From Polyangiales bacterium (GTDB lineage Bacteria; Myxococcota_A; Polyangia; Polyangiales; Ga0077539): a DNA stretch of 64,000 nucleotides. Position 1 is the first letter of the stretch, and the number at the start of each line of letters is the position of its first letter. The stretch is taken from assembly GCA_044375895.1 (NCBI GenBank), contig JBILLV010000004.1:26901-90900 (forward strand). The letters are read 5' to 3'. Made by a program: the position numbers and the translations under genes. This document shows positions 8,640 through 18,242 of the stretch, in pieces. Below the pieces are notes generated by a model. The model was not told where the DNA came from and did no database searches. It saw nothing but the letters and a program-made list of their open reading frames with translations.

Positions 8640-10597
8640 GGCGCGTCGATCACCGCGTACACGAAGGCCGTCTGCGGCTGCGCGCGGAGGCGCTCGGTGA
8701 TGACATCCATCGGGACGCGGTCGCCGTCGACGTAGCGGGCGGCGAGGGCCTCGGCGGCGGCCCGGTCGTTGGTCGCCTTGATGCGCAGCACGCGCGTCAT
8801 CGAGCGCTCGCACGCCTCCGGGAAGCGCGCGAGGTCGAAGGCGAAGGCCCCGCGGTGTTGCCCGTCCGCGCTCGCGACGCCGGGTCGCCATGCGAGCGCG
8901 CCCGCGTCGAGGAGCGCGCCCACCTGCACCGCCGCGAGCTGGCTGTAGGCGCGACGCTCGCCGCCCGGCGCGTACATCCCGCGGGAGATGTGCCCGAAGG
9001 CCCACGCCACCGCGTCGACGTAGATCTGCCGCGCGAGGGCCTCGTCGATGACGCCGCGGGCGCGCAGCCACCCCGTGAAGTACAGCGCGCCGCTCTGGGC
9101 CTTGAGCTCCTCCAGCATCGACGCCATCGAGCCGCCGAAGGCCTCGTCGCCGGTTCGGCCGCCGACCCGATACTCGTGGGCGGGGCCGAGGTTGTGCGTG
9201 GCCTCGTGCAGGATCGTCGAGACGAGCCCGGGCGTCGGATCGTCGGTGACCTCGCCCATCGCCTCCGCGGTGAAGAGGGCGGCGGCCTCGGCGCGGCGCC
9301 GCGCGTTGCTGTCGTCGTCGGTGTAGAGGTTGCTCATCGCGACGGTGCGCCCGCGCCCCTCGGCGGCCACCGCGCCCCAGTTGGGGAGGCTCTGTCCGAC
9401 GGTGGCGCCGAAGGGGTCGCGGTCGTCGCCCGCGTTCACGACGATGTCGATGAAGTCGGGCATGTGAAAGGCCACGTGCCGCGCCGTGTACACGTCGGGA
9501 GCGAGGGTCGCGAGGGCCCGCTCCATGTCGCCCTGCACGGGTGTGAGGCGCTCCTGCCAGGCGAGGGAGGCGCGGTTGATGCGCGCCAGGGTGAGGTGAA
9601 ATCCGGCCTTCTGGCTGCACGGCTCCCAGTACGTCTCGTCGGGCGCGACGCGGACGTACCAGCGCGAGTTCCGGGCGTTCATGCGCGCCCACGCCGCGTC
9701 GGCCGGGGCCCAGTCGTTGGTCTCGAAGGCCGTCGCGGCGTCGCGGAGGTAGCTCACCAGCGCCGACTCGTCGGGGTCGCTCATCGCGTCCGCGGCGGCG
9801 CGCAGCTCGGCGGCGACGTCGCGCATCGGCTCGCGGTACGCCTCGGTGTAGGCGACCGCGCGGAGCCCCGCCCCCTCGCCGCGCACCACGGTGAACGGCG
9901 AGAGCAGCGCCGCGGCGTCAGGACGCGCCTCGAGCGTGCGGCAGAACCCGTCGGCTTGCAGCGCCGCGGGGTAGACGTCCACCGGCTGCCGCGGCGCGCC
10001 CGGGAGCGCAGAGCACCGCGCGTCCCCCTCCGTGTTCGCTCCCCGGCAGCGCGTCCCCCAGTTGCGTCGGAAGAGCGCGCGGCTCGCAGCGTCGAGCGAC
10101 CCTGCCTGCGGCTCCAGGGCCGTCATGCCCGACTGCAACGCGTAGAGGCGATCGACCCGCGCGGCCGCGGCGAGCATGTGCCGCGCAAAGCTGCGGTGCG
10201 CCGGGGGCAGCGCCGTGAGGTCGGTCTCGACGAGCGTCGGAGCGGCTCGGTCGAGCTCGCGGACGACGCTCCCCACCCGCGGATCGGCCGGCGGCGGCGC
10301 GACGGCCTCGGCCTCGATCTGCGCGAGCGCGGCGCTCCAGGCCGGCGTGAAGCGGCCCTCGTGCACCCACCGCCCCTCCGCGGCGTAGAAGCGCAGGGGG
10401 CGCACCTCGTCAGGGTCGGGGGCGCCATCGCCGTCCGTGTCGCGCGCCCAGAACAGCGGCAGGTCGAGGCGCATCGCGAGCTGGTTGAAGCGAAGGCGCG
10501 TGAGGGGCGCGGCGCTGCGAGGCGTCGAGGACGAAGGGCGCGGCGCGGCGCTGCACGCGGCGACGAGGGAGAGGGCGAAGACGAGTCGAAGGCGCAT
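8636..10597 (-). CDS. Lipoprotein zinc metallopeptidase, dipeptidyl-peptidase III (M49)-like
   Basis: Lipobox LSLVAAC; GQSLPN; HEATHNLGP zinc motif followed by LEELKA; PDETYWEP. Confidence 0.75.
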   Translation of the reverse strand: MRLRLVFALSLVAACSAAPRPSSSTPRSAAPLTRLRFNQLAMRLDLPLFWARDTDGDGAPDPDEVRPLRFYAAEGRWVHEGRFTPAWSAALAQIEAEAVAPPPADPRVGSVVRELDRAAPTLVETDLTALPPAHRSFARHMLAAAARVDRLYALQSGMTALEPQAGSLDAASRALFRRNWGTRCRGANTEGDARCSALPGAPRQPVDVYPAALQADGFCRTLEARPDAAALLSPFTVVRGEGAGLRAVAYTEAYREPMRDVAAELRAAADAMSDPDESALVSYLRDAATAFETNDWAPADAAWARMNARNSRWYVRVAPDETYWEPCSQKAGFHLTLARINRASLAWQERLTPVQGDMERALATLAPDVYTARHVAFHMPDFIDIVVNAGDDRDPFGATVGQSLPNWGAVAAEGRGRTVAMSNLYTDDDSNARRRAEAAALFTAEAMGEVTDDPTPGLVSTILHEATHNLGPAHEYRVGGRTGDEAFGGSMASMLEELKAQSGALYFTGWLRARGVIDEALARQIYVDAVAWAFGHISRGMYAPGGERRAYSQLAAVQVGALLDAGALAWRPGVASADGQHRGAFAFDLARFPEACERSMTRVLRIKATNDRAAAEALAARYVDGDRVPMDVITERLRAQPQTAFVYAVIDAP

Positions 10598-10727
10598 CGG
10601 GGCGATGACCCTACCAGCACCCGCACGTGTCCATCCGCCGCAAAGGGTACCGTGATGGAGCACGGTCGAGCTCCCAGAACGAAACTCCGTTGCAGGCCCG
10701 CAGTGACGAATGCCGTAGGACGCCGCG

Positions 10728-10742
10728 TGGCACTTCGATTGC
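10728..10742 (+). promoter_or_regulatory. Sigma-54 (-24/-12) promoter
   Basis: TGGCAC-TTCGA-TTGC matches the consensus TGGCAC-N5-TTGC exactly, just upstream of the CDS at 10759. Confidence 0.7.
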
Positions 10743-10758
10743 GATGGGTGGATGCACG

Positions 10759-12936
10759 ATGCCCAACGCCCATTCGATTCGGCCCGCGATCGCCTCGGCA
10801 CTGCTCTCCGCTTCCATTCCCGCCTGCGGAATCAACGACACCGCGGAGCTGCCGCCCGCGCCGTTTGAACAGTCGGGCGTCTCGCGTCGCAGCGTCGCCA
10901 TCGCGGTCCGCGAAGGGGGCCGCGCCCTCTCCGGGGTCCGCGTGATGCTCCGCACGGTGGACGGCGCCGACGAGTTCGCGCCCGGCCTCCTCTGGCGCGG
11001 GGTCACCGACAGCAACGGGCGCGTCCAGACCGCCATCTCGCTCCGCGCCGACCAGCGCCAGGTGGAGGTCCTCGCGTACCGCCCCGGCCTCGTCGGCCCC
11101 TACACCACGCCCGCCGAACGCGCCGCCAGCGGTGCCTTCGCGCCGAGCGCCTGGTACCGCGTCGACGCCTCCGCGCTCGGCGCGCTGTCCCTCCCGCTCA
11201 CCCCCGCGCCCTCGACCGCGCCTGTCGCCGCCACCGCAGGCAACAACGCGGGGGCGCACCCGAGCGAGCGGGCCTTCATCGACGCGCAGTGCCCGATCCC
11301 CCAGGCGCTCACGGAGGCGCTCGGCGCGCAGCTTCTCTCGCACTGGTCGTACGGCGCGAAGCACTCCGAGCCCGCGCGCGACCCCAACCTCACGGTGCGC
11401 GCCGACACGGGCGTGTCGGTGACCTTTGTCCACGAGGGCTCGGCGTGGCGCAACAGCCTCGGCTACTTCGTCTGGCGCGCGAACGGCGACACGGTGACGG
11501 TGGTTGACGCGCAGCTCGTGTTTCCCAACGCCTCCTACCAGGACGCGACCCTCGGCGGCGGCGGCGGTCACCTCGCGCCCGGCGACGCGGTGACCCTCCG
11601 CGGGAGCGACGGCGCGCCGCGCATCTTCGCTGCCGGCACGCGCATCGGCTTCTTCCTCGTCGCCGACGGCTGGGACGGCGCCAGGGTCGCAGGTTGGAAC
11701 GCAGCCTCCCCTTCCTATCCCAGCGTGACGCCGACGCCCAACACCATCGGGCGCGGCCTCTACACCACCCTCGACGCCCTCAACCCCGAGGCGAACGGCG
11801 AGCACCCCGACCTCGCGCGTCACTTCGTTCGCGTGCGCGTCGTCGGCGCGTCCGAGCTCCCGTGCGCCAGCGACGCGCAGGTGTTCGGCGTGGAGGACGC
11901 GCGCCGCGATCAGGGCGCCGACGACGACTTCAACGACCTCGTCTTCCTCGTCAAGAGCGCCACGGTCGACGCGCTCACGGCCGACGACACCCGCTCCTTC
12001 AACCCCGCCAACGTCGACCCGGACGGCGACGGCACGCCGGGCCTCGACGACGCGTGGCCCGACGACCTCGCGCGCTCCCTCTATGTGCGGTCGCCGCCGC
12101 TCGGCTACCAGACCCTCGCCTTCGAGGACAACTACCCCAACCTCGGCGACGCCGACTACAACGACGCCGTGGTGCAGTACGCCTTCGAGGAGGCCCTCAA
12201 CACCCAGGGCGACCTCGTCGACCTCGTCGGCACCTTCCACCTCGTCGCGCGCGGCGCGGGCTTCGACGCGGCCTTCGGCGTCGCGCTCCACGACCTGCCC
12301 GCCGCCGCCACCGCCACCGTGCGCGTCGAGCGCTTCGATGTCACCGGCCGGGCGACCCGCGACGCGGTGGTGACGCTCCGGGCGACCCCCGACGCGGACG
12401 GACGGCCCATGATCCGCTTCGACGACGTCATCCCCAGCATGCGCGCGGCGATGCCGCCGATGAACACCGAGAACCCCACCCCCAACTCGCCCCCCGCGTC
12501 GGTGCGGGTGATCATTCACTTCGACACGGCGGTCCCGCGCGCACCCATCGGCGCCGCCCCCTTCGACCCCTACCTGCTCGTGCGCCGCGACCTCGGCCGC
12601 TACGACATTCATCGCCCGGGTGTGCGGGGCTTCCCGGGGCGCCCCTCGTCGCTGCCCGAGGAGCGCGGCAGCAACGCATTCATCGACGACGACGGCTACC
12701 CCTGGCTGCTGGTGGTCCCCGACTCCTGGCGCTTTCCGCTGGAGGACATCCCCATCGACGACCGCGTCGGTCACACCGGCGCGTATCCGACGTTCCCCTT
12801 CTGGCGCCGCAGCGCCGGCGCCCGCGAGGTGCAGTGGTACCGCACCCCGCGCACCCCCGCGCCGACCGACTTCGTCAGCGACCCTGTGGCGACGAGGCTC
12901 CGCACCCGCGCCTGGACGATCTCAGCCGACCTCTGA
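10759..12936 (+). CDS. LruC-domain (DUF4842-like) / DUF4114-like lipoprotein
   Basis: Lipoprotein signal ..ASIPAC; HEGSAWRNSLGYF; FGVED..DDDFNDLVF; DPDGDG..D Ca-type motif; TLAFEDNYPNLGDADYNDAVV; YPWLLVVP..WRFPLE..AYPTF..W..WY. Confidence 0.8.
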   Translation: MPNAHSIRPAIASALLSASIPACGINDTAELPPAPFEQSGVSRRSVAIAVREGGRALSGVRVMLRTVDGADEFAPGLLWRGVTDSNGRVQTAISLRADQRQVEVLAYRPGLVGPYTTPAERAASGAFAPSAWYRVDASALGALSLPLTPAPSTAPVAATAGNNAGAHPSERAFIDAQCPIPQALTEALGAQLLSHWSYGAKHSEPARDPNLTVRADTGVSVTFVHEGSAWRNSLGYFVWRANGDTVTVVDAQLVFPNASYQDATLGGGGGHLAPGDAVTLRGSDGAPRIFAAGTRIGFFLVADGWDGARVAGWNAASPSYPSVTPTPNTIGRGLYTTLDALNPEANGEHPDLARHFVRVRVVGASELPCASDAQVFGVEDARRDQGADDDFNDLVFLVKSATVDALTADDTRSFNPANVDPDGDGTPGLDDAWPDDLARSLYVRSPPLGYQTLAFEDNYPNLGDADYNDAVVQYAFEEALNTQGDLVDLVGTFHLVARGAGFDAAFGVALHDLPAAATATVRVERFDVTGRATRDAVVTLRATPDADGRPMIRFDDVIPSMRAAMPPMNTENPTPNSPPASVRVIIHFDTAVPRAPIGAAPFDPYLLVRRDLGRYDIHRPGVRGFPGRPSSLPEERGSNAFIDDDGYPWLLVVPDSWRFPLEDIPIDDRVGHTGAYPTFPFWRRSAGAREVQWYRTPRTPAPTDFVSDPVATRLRTRAWTISADL

Positions 12937-13060
12937 GCCGCCCCCTCCGCCCGCCGATCGGACGCGGGCACGCTTCATCCCTTCAGGAACGGCGTCCCAC
13001 CGCCGATCTGACCTCTCGACGAGGCCGCGACCATCGCATCGCCTCTCGAGGTCACCCTCC

Positions 13061-14464
13061 ATGCGCGTCATCCCCCTCCTCTGCACACTGCTGTTCGCTC
13101 CGATCGCATGGACGCAGGCCGGGCCGCCGCCGCGCACCCTGACCCCTCGCACCGCCACCGTCGCACGCACGCCTCCGCGCCCCCCAGGCCCGGAGCTCAA
13201 CGCCCGCCTCACCTCCGCCTGGGGCGACGTCACGGTGACCCACGGCCACACGCAACAACCAGCCGTCGGCGGTGCCACGCTCTCCGTCGGGACCCGCGTC
13301 CGCGTCGGTCGCGGCGGCGAGGCCGAGGTCACCTTGCACAACGGAACCATCGTCACGCTGACGGGACGCGCCGAGATCGTGATGTTCAACCCCCTCTCGC
13401 GGGGCGCGGACCGTCCGCCGATGCACCTCACGCTCCTCCGCTATGGCTCGGCCCGCTTTCGCCGCGGCGACGTGACGGCGCAGCGTCCTCCGTTCTTCCT
13501 CCTCTCCACCGGCCCTTCGGTCGTCTCGCTCGGACGCGCCGACGGCGAGCTCACCACCGACCTCAGCGGACGCGTCACCCGCGTGGGGGTCACCCGCGGT
13601 CGCCTGCCCGTGCGCACGCACCGAGGGACCATCCTCCTCCTCGCTCGCCGCGGCGCGCTGCTCGCGCCGTACGTGCGCGCCCGCGAGGCGACGCTCCCCG
13701 GCCGCCCCGTCTGGACGGTCGCACCGCCCGCGCGCGTCGTGACCGCGGGGGCGCCCGTGGACGTCACGGGCGAGTACCGCCTCCCCTCGGGAAGCGCGCG
13801 GCGCTGGCGCGTCGAGCTCGCCCGCGACGAGGCCTTCCGCGATCGCGTGTCGGTCACCACGGCGGCGGGCCGGGTGCGGCGCCTCCGCCTCCGCGAGGTC
13901 GCGCCGGGTCGCTACTTCGTCCGTGTCAGCGCGCTCAACGAAGACGGCCTCGCGGGCCCGGCCTCCGACGCCACATCGTTCACCGTCGCCGCCCCCACCA
14001 TCGTCGCGGGCGGTGACGGACGTCGCGCGGGCGTCGCGATGCCTGAAGGCTTCCTCTGCGCCGTCGACGAAGGCCCGCTCGCGCGGGTCGAAGGCCCCAT
14101 CGCGCTCTCTCCGGCGCGTCCGCACACCGTCCGCTGCGCCTCCTCATCCAACGCCGAGACCTCCACCACGTTCACCGTCCCCGCGGAGAGCGCCGGGCCC
14201 ATCGCCCACCACGTGCGCCTCTACGTCAGCCCCGAGGGCGGCGGCGTCCTCGGCCTCTCGCTGCACGACGCCGCGGGTCTCCCCCTCCCGTACGCCGACG
14301 TGCGCGCGGAGGTCGACGGCGGCGTTCGGCTCGAACCCCTGCGCGAGTCCGAGCGGCGGGGCGAGTACACCGCCGCCCTGCGCTGGCCGAGCGGCCTCCC
14401 CCGCGCGCACCTCCAGGTCACCGTCAACGGCGTGATGCGCTTCGACGAGACCCTGACGCCGTAG
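13061..14464 (+). CDS. Secreted FecR-like domain protein with FN3-like domain
   Basis: Signal peptide MRVIPLLCTLLFAPIAWTQA; LSVGTRVRVGRGGEAEVTLHNGT..TRVGVTRG (FecR-like); VELARDEAF..PGRYFVRVSALNEDGLAG (FN3-like). Confidence 0.65.
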   Translation: MRVIPLLCTLLFAPIAWTQAGPPPRTLTPRTATVARTPPRPPGPELNARLTSAWGDVTVTHGHTQQPAVGGATLSVGTRVRVGRGGEAEVTLHNGTIVTLTGRAEIVMFNPLSRGADRPPMHLTLLRYGSARFRRGDVTAQRPPFFLLSTGPSVVSLGRADGELTTDLSGRVTRVGVTRGRLPVRTHRGTILLLARRGALLAPYVRAREATLPGRPVWTVAPPARVVTAGAPVDVTGEYRLPSGSARRWRVELARDEAFRDRVSVTTAAGRVRRLRLREVAPGRYFVRVSALNEDGLAGPASDATSFTVAAPTIVAGGDGRRAGVAMPEGFLCAVDEGPLARVEGPIALSPARPHTVRCASSSNAETSTTFTVPAESAGPIAHHVRLYVSPEGGGVLGLSLHDAAGLPLPYADVRAEVDGGVRLEPLRESERRGEYTAALRWPSGLPRAHLQVTVNGVMRFDETLTP

Positions 14465-14470
14465 CGTCCG

Positions 14471-15736
14471 TCACCCGACGAAGGCTCGCTCCACGGTGCG
14501 GTAGTCCACCGTCGCGTCGAGGCGCGCGAGCACCGAGTAGAACCCGAACTGCAAGCGGTTCATGAACACCATCCCCGCGGGGAGTCCAGTGGCCTTGCTC
14601 TCGCGCTTGAACGCCGCCTTGCCGATGTCCCGCATGCCCGTCACCAGCCCCGCCACGTAGGGCCGCGTGACCCGGTACGGCGACGCGAACAACGGTTCGA
14701 AGCAGCTCCGGGTGTAGGCGATGGCGCGGTCTTCGTGGGGCCCCGGGCGCGACTCCAGCAGGGCGCGCGCCGCCTCCCGGAATCGCCCCTCGTCGCCGTC
14801 GAGCGCGGCGAGGTGGAGCGCCTTCGCGCGGGCGTGGTTGCCGTCGGGGATCTGCTGCACGCAGCCGAAATCGAGGAAGGTGACCGCGCCGCCCTCCCGC
14901 AGGAGGTAGTTGCCCGGGTGCGGGTCGGCGTTGAACATCTTGCCCACCAGCGTCCCCTTGAACACGAAGCGCCACAGCGTCTCGGCCCACCGCCGCCGCT
15001 CATCCTCCCCGCGCGCGGCGGCCTCGTCGAGCGTCATCCCGCGCGCCAGCTCCGTCGTGAGCACCCGCCGCCGACTGCGCTCCCGCACCACCGCCGGGAT
15101 GTGAATGTGCGGGTCGCCCGCGTGCACCTGCGCGAAGGCCTCGGCGCGGTCGGCCTCCAACCCGTAGTCGAGCTCCTCGGTGAAGCGCGCGCGGATCTCC
15201 TCGTAGGCGCGCCGCGTCTCCAGCCCGCCGGGCGCGATGGCGCCGAGCATCAGCTCCAGCGAGCTCGCGTTGTCGAGGTCGGCCTCCACCGCGCGGTCGA
15301 TGCCCGGGTGCTGCACCTTCACCGCCACCTCGCGGCCGTCCTCGAGGCGGGCGCGGTGCACCTGCCCGATCGACGCGCTCGCGAAGGGCGTGTCGCTCCA
15401 CTCGGCGAAGAGCCGCTCGGGCGCGTCGCCGAGCTCCTCGGTGATCGTGCGCCGCACGTCTTCGGGCGACGAGCTGGGGGCCGCCGCGCGGAGCACCTTG
15501 AGCGCGCCCTCGTAGGCGCCGTGGTGCTCGACCGGGACGACGCCGTCGACGTAGCTGGCCATCTGCCCCACCTTCGCCGCCAGCCCGCGGAGGTTGCCCA
15601 GCACCTCGGCGGCGTGCTTCGCGGCGGCGTCGTGGCCGTCACCCGAGAGCACGGCGCTGGCGCCCGCCCGCACGCCGAGAGCCGCCAGTCGCGCGAAGCG
15701 ACCGATGCGACCCTCGGGCACCTTCTTGTCCGTCAT
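14471..15736 (-). CDS. ABC1/AarF/UbiB-family atypical kinase
   Basis: KVGQMAS, PFASASIGQVHRA, VAVKVQHPG, EELDY, FNADPHPGNY, LDFGC. Confidence 0.93.
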   Translation of the reverse strand: MTDKKVPEGRIGRFARLAALGVRAGASAVLSGDGHDAAAKHAAEVLGNLRGLAAKVGQMASYVDGVVPVEHHGAYEGALKVLRAAAPSSSPEDVRRTITEELGDAPERLFAEWSDTPFASASIGQVHRARLEDGREVAVKVQHPGIDRAVEADLDNASSLELMLGAIAPGGLETRRAYEEIRARFTEELDYGLEADRAEAFAQVHAGDPHIHIPAVVRERSRRRVLTTELARGMTLDEAAARGEDERRRWAETLWRFVFKGTLVGKMFNADPHPGNYLLREGGAVTFLDFGCVQQIPDGNHARAKALHLAALDGDEGRFREAARALLESRPGPHEDRAIAYTRSCFEPLFASPYRVTRPYVAGLVTGMRDIGKAAFKRESKATGLPAGMVFMNRLQFGFYSVLARLDATVDYRTVERAFVG

Positions 15737-15740
15737 CGCG

Positions 15741-16760
15741 CTACTCCCGCCAGAAGAACTTCCAGGGGTTGTGCTTCAGGTCGCGCACCATCTCCTGGAG
15801 GTCGTCATAGAGCTCTTCGTCCATCAGCAGCGCGCCCACCGTCCCCTGGCCCGAGCGCACCCGCGACGAGATCACCTGCGCGTCGCCGGCGATGGCGTTG
15901 GCCCGCTGCGTGAGCGTCCGCACGTCGCGCAGGGCCGCCTGCACGTCCTGAATCTGCGGGTCGCCGACGCCCTGGAGGATGTGGTCGACGCGGCCCATCA
16001 CCACGCGGGCGTCGTGCGCGAGCGGCGGCACGTCGCGCTCGATGGACGCGAGGACAGACTCCGCCCGGTTGAGGATGCGCCGCGCCTGCGGGCCATCGAC
16101 GTAGCGGTCGCGGGCGGCGAGCACCAGCCCGTCGGCGTCGCGCACCGTGCGATCGACCCCTTCGACGATGCCGTCGATGCGCGGCCCGTTGCGGCGCAGC
16201 AGCTCGTTGGTGTTGTGGAGCACGCCCGCGAGGTCGTCGACCATGCCGCCGAGCTCGCGGCGGTTGGTGCGGATGGCCGTGACGGTGTCGTCGAGGAGGG
16301 CGTAGGCGCGCGCGAGGAAGAGGTCGAGCCGCGGCGGGTCGATGCCCTCCACCGGGCGGTCGGCGCGGAGCTGCGGCTGCGCGGCGCTGCCCGGGTCGAT
16401 CGCCAGAAACTGCTCGCCCAGCACCCCCTGCGTGGTGATGAAGAACTCCGCGTCGGCGTGGATCTCCGTGCGAAACCGCTCCTCCACCTCGGCGTGGACG
16501 CGCACGAGCGACGCCCGCCCGGTCGCCGGGTCGACGCGCGCCCCACGGAACTCCAGCCGATCGACCGTCCCGACGCGCACGCCGGCGATCTTCACCGGGG
16601 CGCCGGGCTGGAGCCCGCCCGGGTTGTTGAAGTCCACCATCAGCGTGAAGCGCCGGCCGAAATGGACGCCGCCCATCACGAGCACCAGGGCCGTGAGCAG
16701 GCTCACACCCACCAGGATGAGCAGACCTACCTTGACCTCGATCGAGCGCTCCGCCGCCAT
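15741..16760 (-). CDS. mlaD: MCE/MlaD-family lipid transport protein
   Basis: EVKVGLLILVG TM, GGLQPGAPVKIAGVRVGTV, GVLGEQFLAIDPG, coiled coil, GQGTVGALL..DLKHNPWKF. Confidence 0.88.
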   Translation of the reverse strand: MAAERSIEVKVGLLILVGVSLLTALVLVMGGVHFGRRFTLMVDFNNPGGLQPGAPVKIAGVRVGTVDRLEFRGARVDPATGRASLVRVHAEVEERFRTEIHADAEFFITTQGVLGEQFLAIDPGSAAQPQLRADRPVEGIDPPRLDLFLARAYALLDDTVTAIRTNRRELGGMVDDLAGVLHNTNELLRRNGPRIDGIVEGVDRTVRDADGLVLAARDRYVDGPQARRILNRAESVLASIERDVPPLAHDARVVMGRVDHILQGVGDPQIQDVQAALRDVRTLTQRANAIAGDAQVISSRVRSGQGTVGALLMDEELYDDLQEMVRDLKHNPWKFFWRE

Positions 16761-16791
16761 CGGTTCGGGCGGAGGATAACCACAGGTCGGG

Positions 16792-17535
16792 TCAAACCTC
16801 CATCGGTCCGTCGGCGATGCCGTTCACGAACTGCCGGACGATCGGGTCGTCGGTGGCGCGAAACTCCTCCGGCGTCCCCACGAGGCGGAAGGTCCCTTTG
16901 TAGAGCATCGCGATGCGGCTCGCGATCGAGAAGATCGACGCGAGGTCGTGCGACACCACGATGCTCGTGACCCCGAGCGTGTCGGACAGCTCGCGGATCA
17001 GCTTGTCGACGCGCCGCGCGCTCACCGGGTCGAGCGACGTGGTGGGCTCGTCGAAGAGCACGTAGCGAGGGTTCACCGTGAGGGCCCGCGCGATGGCCAC
17101 GCGCTTGCGCATCCCGTCGCCCAGCTCCGGGGGGTAGCGGTCGGCGAAGTCTTGCATGCGCACCTGCGTGAGGCGCCGCAGGGCCTCGGCGAGGGCGTCG
17201 CGCTGCGAGAGCCCGCCGTGCTTGCGGAGGGGGAGGGCGACGTTCTCCGCGCAGGTCATCGAGTCGAACAGGGTCGCGTGCTGGAAGACCATCGCGCACA
17301 CCTTCCGCACCCGATAGAGGCTCTGCTCGTCGAGGCGCGACACGTCCTCCCCGTCGAGGATGATCTCCCCCGCGTCGGGCTTCAGCAACCCGATGAGGTG
17401 CTTGATGAGCACCGACTTCCCCGCCCCCGACGACCCGATGATGAAGAACACCTCGCCGTCACGGATCGTGAGGTCGACCCCCGCGAGCACCGTCTTGGGC
17501 CCGAAGCTCTTACGGATTTGCCTGAACTCGATCAC
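16792..17535 (-). CDS. mlaF: MlaF/Ttg2A-type ABC transporter ATP-binding protein
   Basis: GSSGAGKS, VFQHATLFDSMT, signature variant LGDGMRKRV, LFDEPTT, VSHD; adjacent to the MCE gene. Confidence 0.88.
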   Translation of the reverse strand: MIEFRQIRKSFGPKTVLAGVDLTIRDGEVFFIIGSSGAGKSVLIKHLIGLLKPDAGEIILDGEDVSRLDEQSLYRVRKVCAMVFQHATLFDSMTCAENVALPLRKHGGLSQRDALAEALRRLTQVRMQDFADRYPPELGDGMRKRVAIARALTVNPRYVLFDEPTTSLDPVSARRVDKLIRELSDTLGVTSIVVSHDLASIFSIASRIAMLYKGTFRLVGTPEEFRATDDPIVRQFVNGIADGPMEV

Positions 17536-17689
17536 GGCAGTGGGGCACGGAGCCTACCGGACCGGCGCGCGCCTGTCGCCCGGAAGCCAACCGCCCGCTC
17601 TGAGTGGACGGAGTATGTCCACGCGTTTCTGTCGAGGAATTGCCTTCCCCGGGGGACGGGCGCTACGGTCGATGGCAAAGGAATCGACC

Positions 17690-18214
17690 ATGGCAGACGG
17701 ACTCAACAAGGCGATGCTCATCGGCAACCTGGGGCAAGACCCGGAGCTGCGCTCGACCCCCAACGGCCGCTCGAAGCTCACCCTCCGACTGGCGACGACC
17801 GAGTCGTACCTCGACCAGAACAAGCAGCGTCAGGAGGTGACCCACTGGCACAACGTGGTGCTCTGGGGTCCGCGCGCCGAGGCCCTCCAGAAGCTCCTCT
17901 CCAAGGGGAGCCGGGTCTACGTCGAGGGCCGCATCGAGACGCGCTCCTACGAAGACAAGGACGGCGTGAAGAAGTGGGCGACCGACATCGCTGCGCAGAA
18001 CCTCATCCTCCTCGACGGTCGCCGCGGTGACGGCGGTGGCGGCGGTGGTGGTGGCGGCGGATCCTCGGGCGGTGGCGGCTTCGGCGGCGGCGGCAATCGC
18101 GGCGGTGGTGGCGGCGGTGGCGGCGGCTCGCGCGGACCGTCTCGGGACGCCGGCGACTTCCCCCCCGACGACATCGGCGGCGGCGGCGGGAGCGACGACG
18201 ACATCCCGTTCTGA
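17690..18214 (+). CDS. ssb: Single-stranded DNA-binding protein
   Basis: LNKAMLIGNLGQDPE, WHNVV, KGSRVYVEGRIETRSY, Gly-rich linker, C-terminal DDDIPF. Confidence 0.97.
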   Translation: MADGLNKAMLIGNLGQDPELRSTPNGRSKLTLRLATTESYLDQNKQRQEVTHWHNVVLWGPRAEALQKLLSKGSRVYVEGRIETRSYEDKDGVKKWATDIAAQNLILLDGRRGDGGGGGGGGGGSSGGGGFGGGGNRGGGGGGGGGSRGPSRDAGDFPPDDIGGGGGSDDDIPF

Positions 18215-18242
18215 GGCCCGTCTACGGCGAGTGAACGACGCG

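Noticed and set aside
14471-17535. mlaF-mlaD without mlaE, followed by an ABC1 kinase
   Set aside because: Split mla operons are common and the permease is probably elsewhere; no evidence of novelty.
18020-18190. GGC/GGT trinucleotide run
   Set aside because: Ordinary Gly-rich SSB linker.
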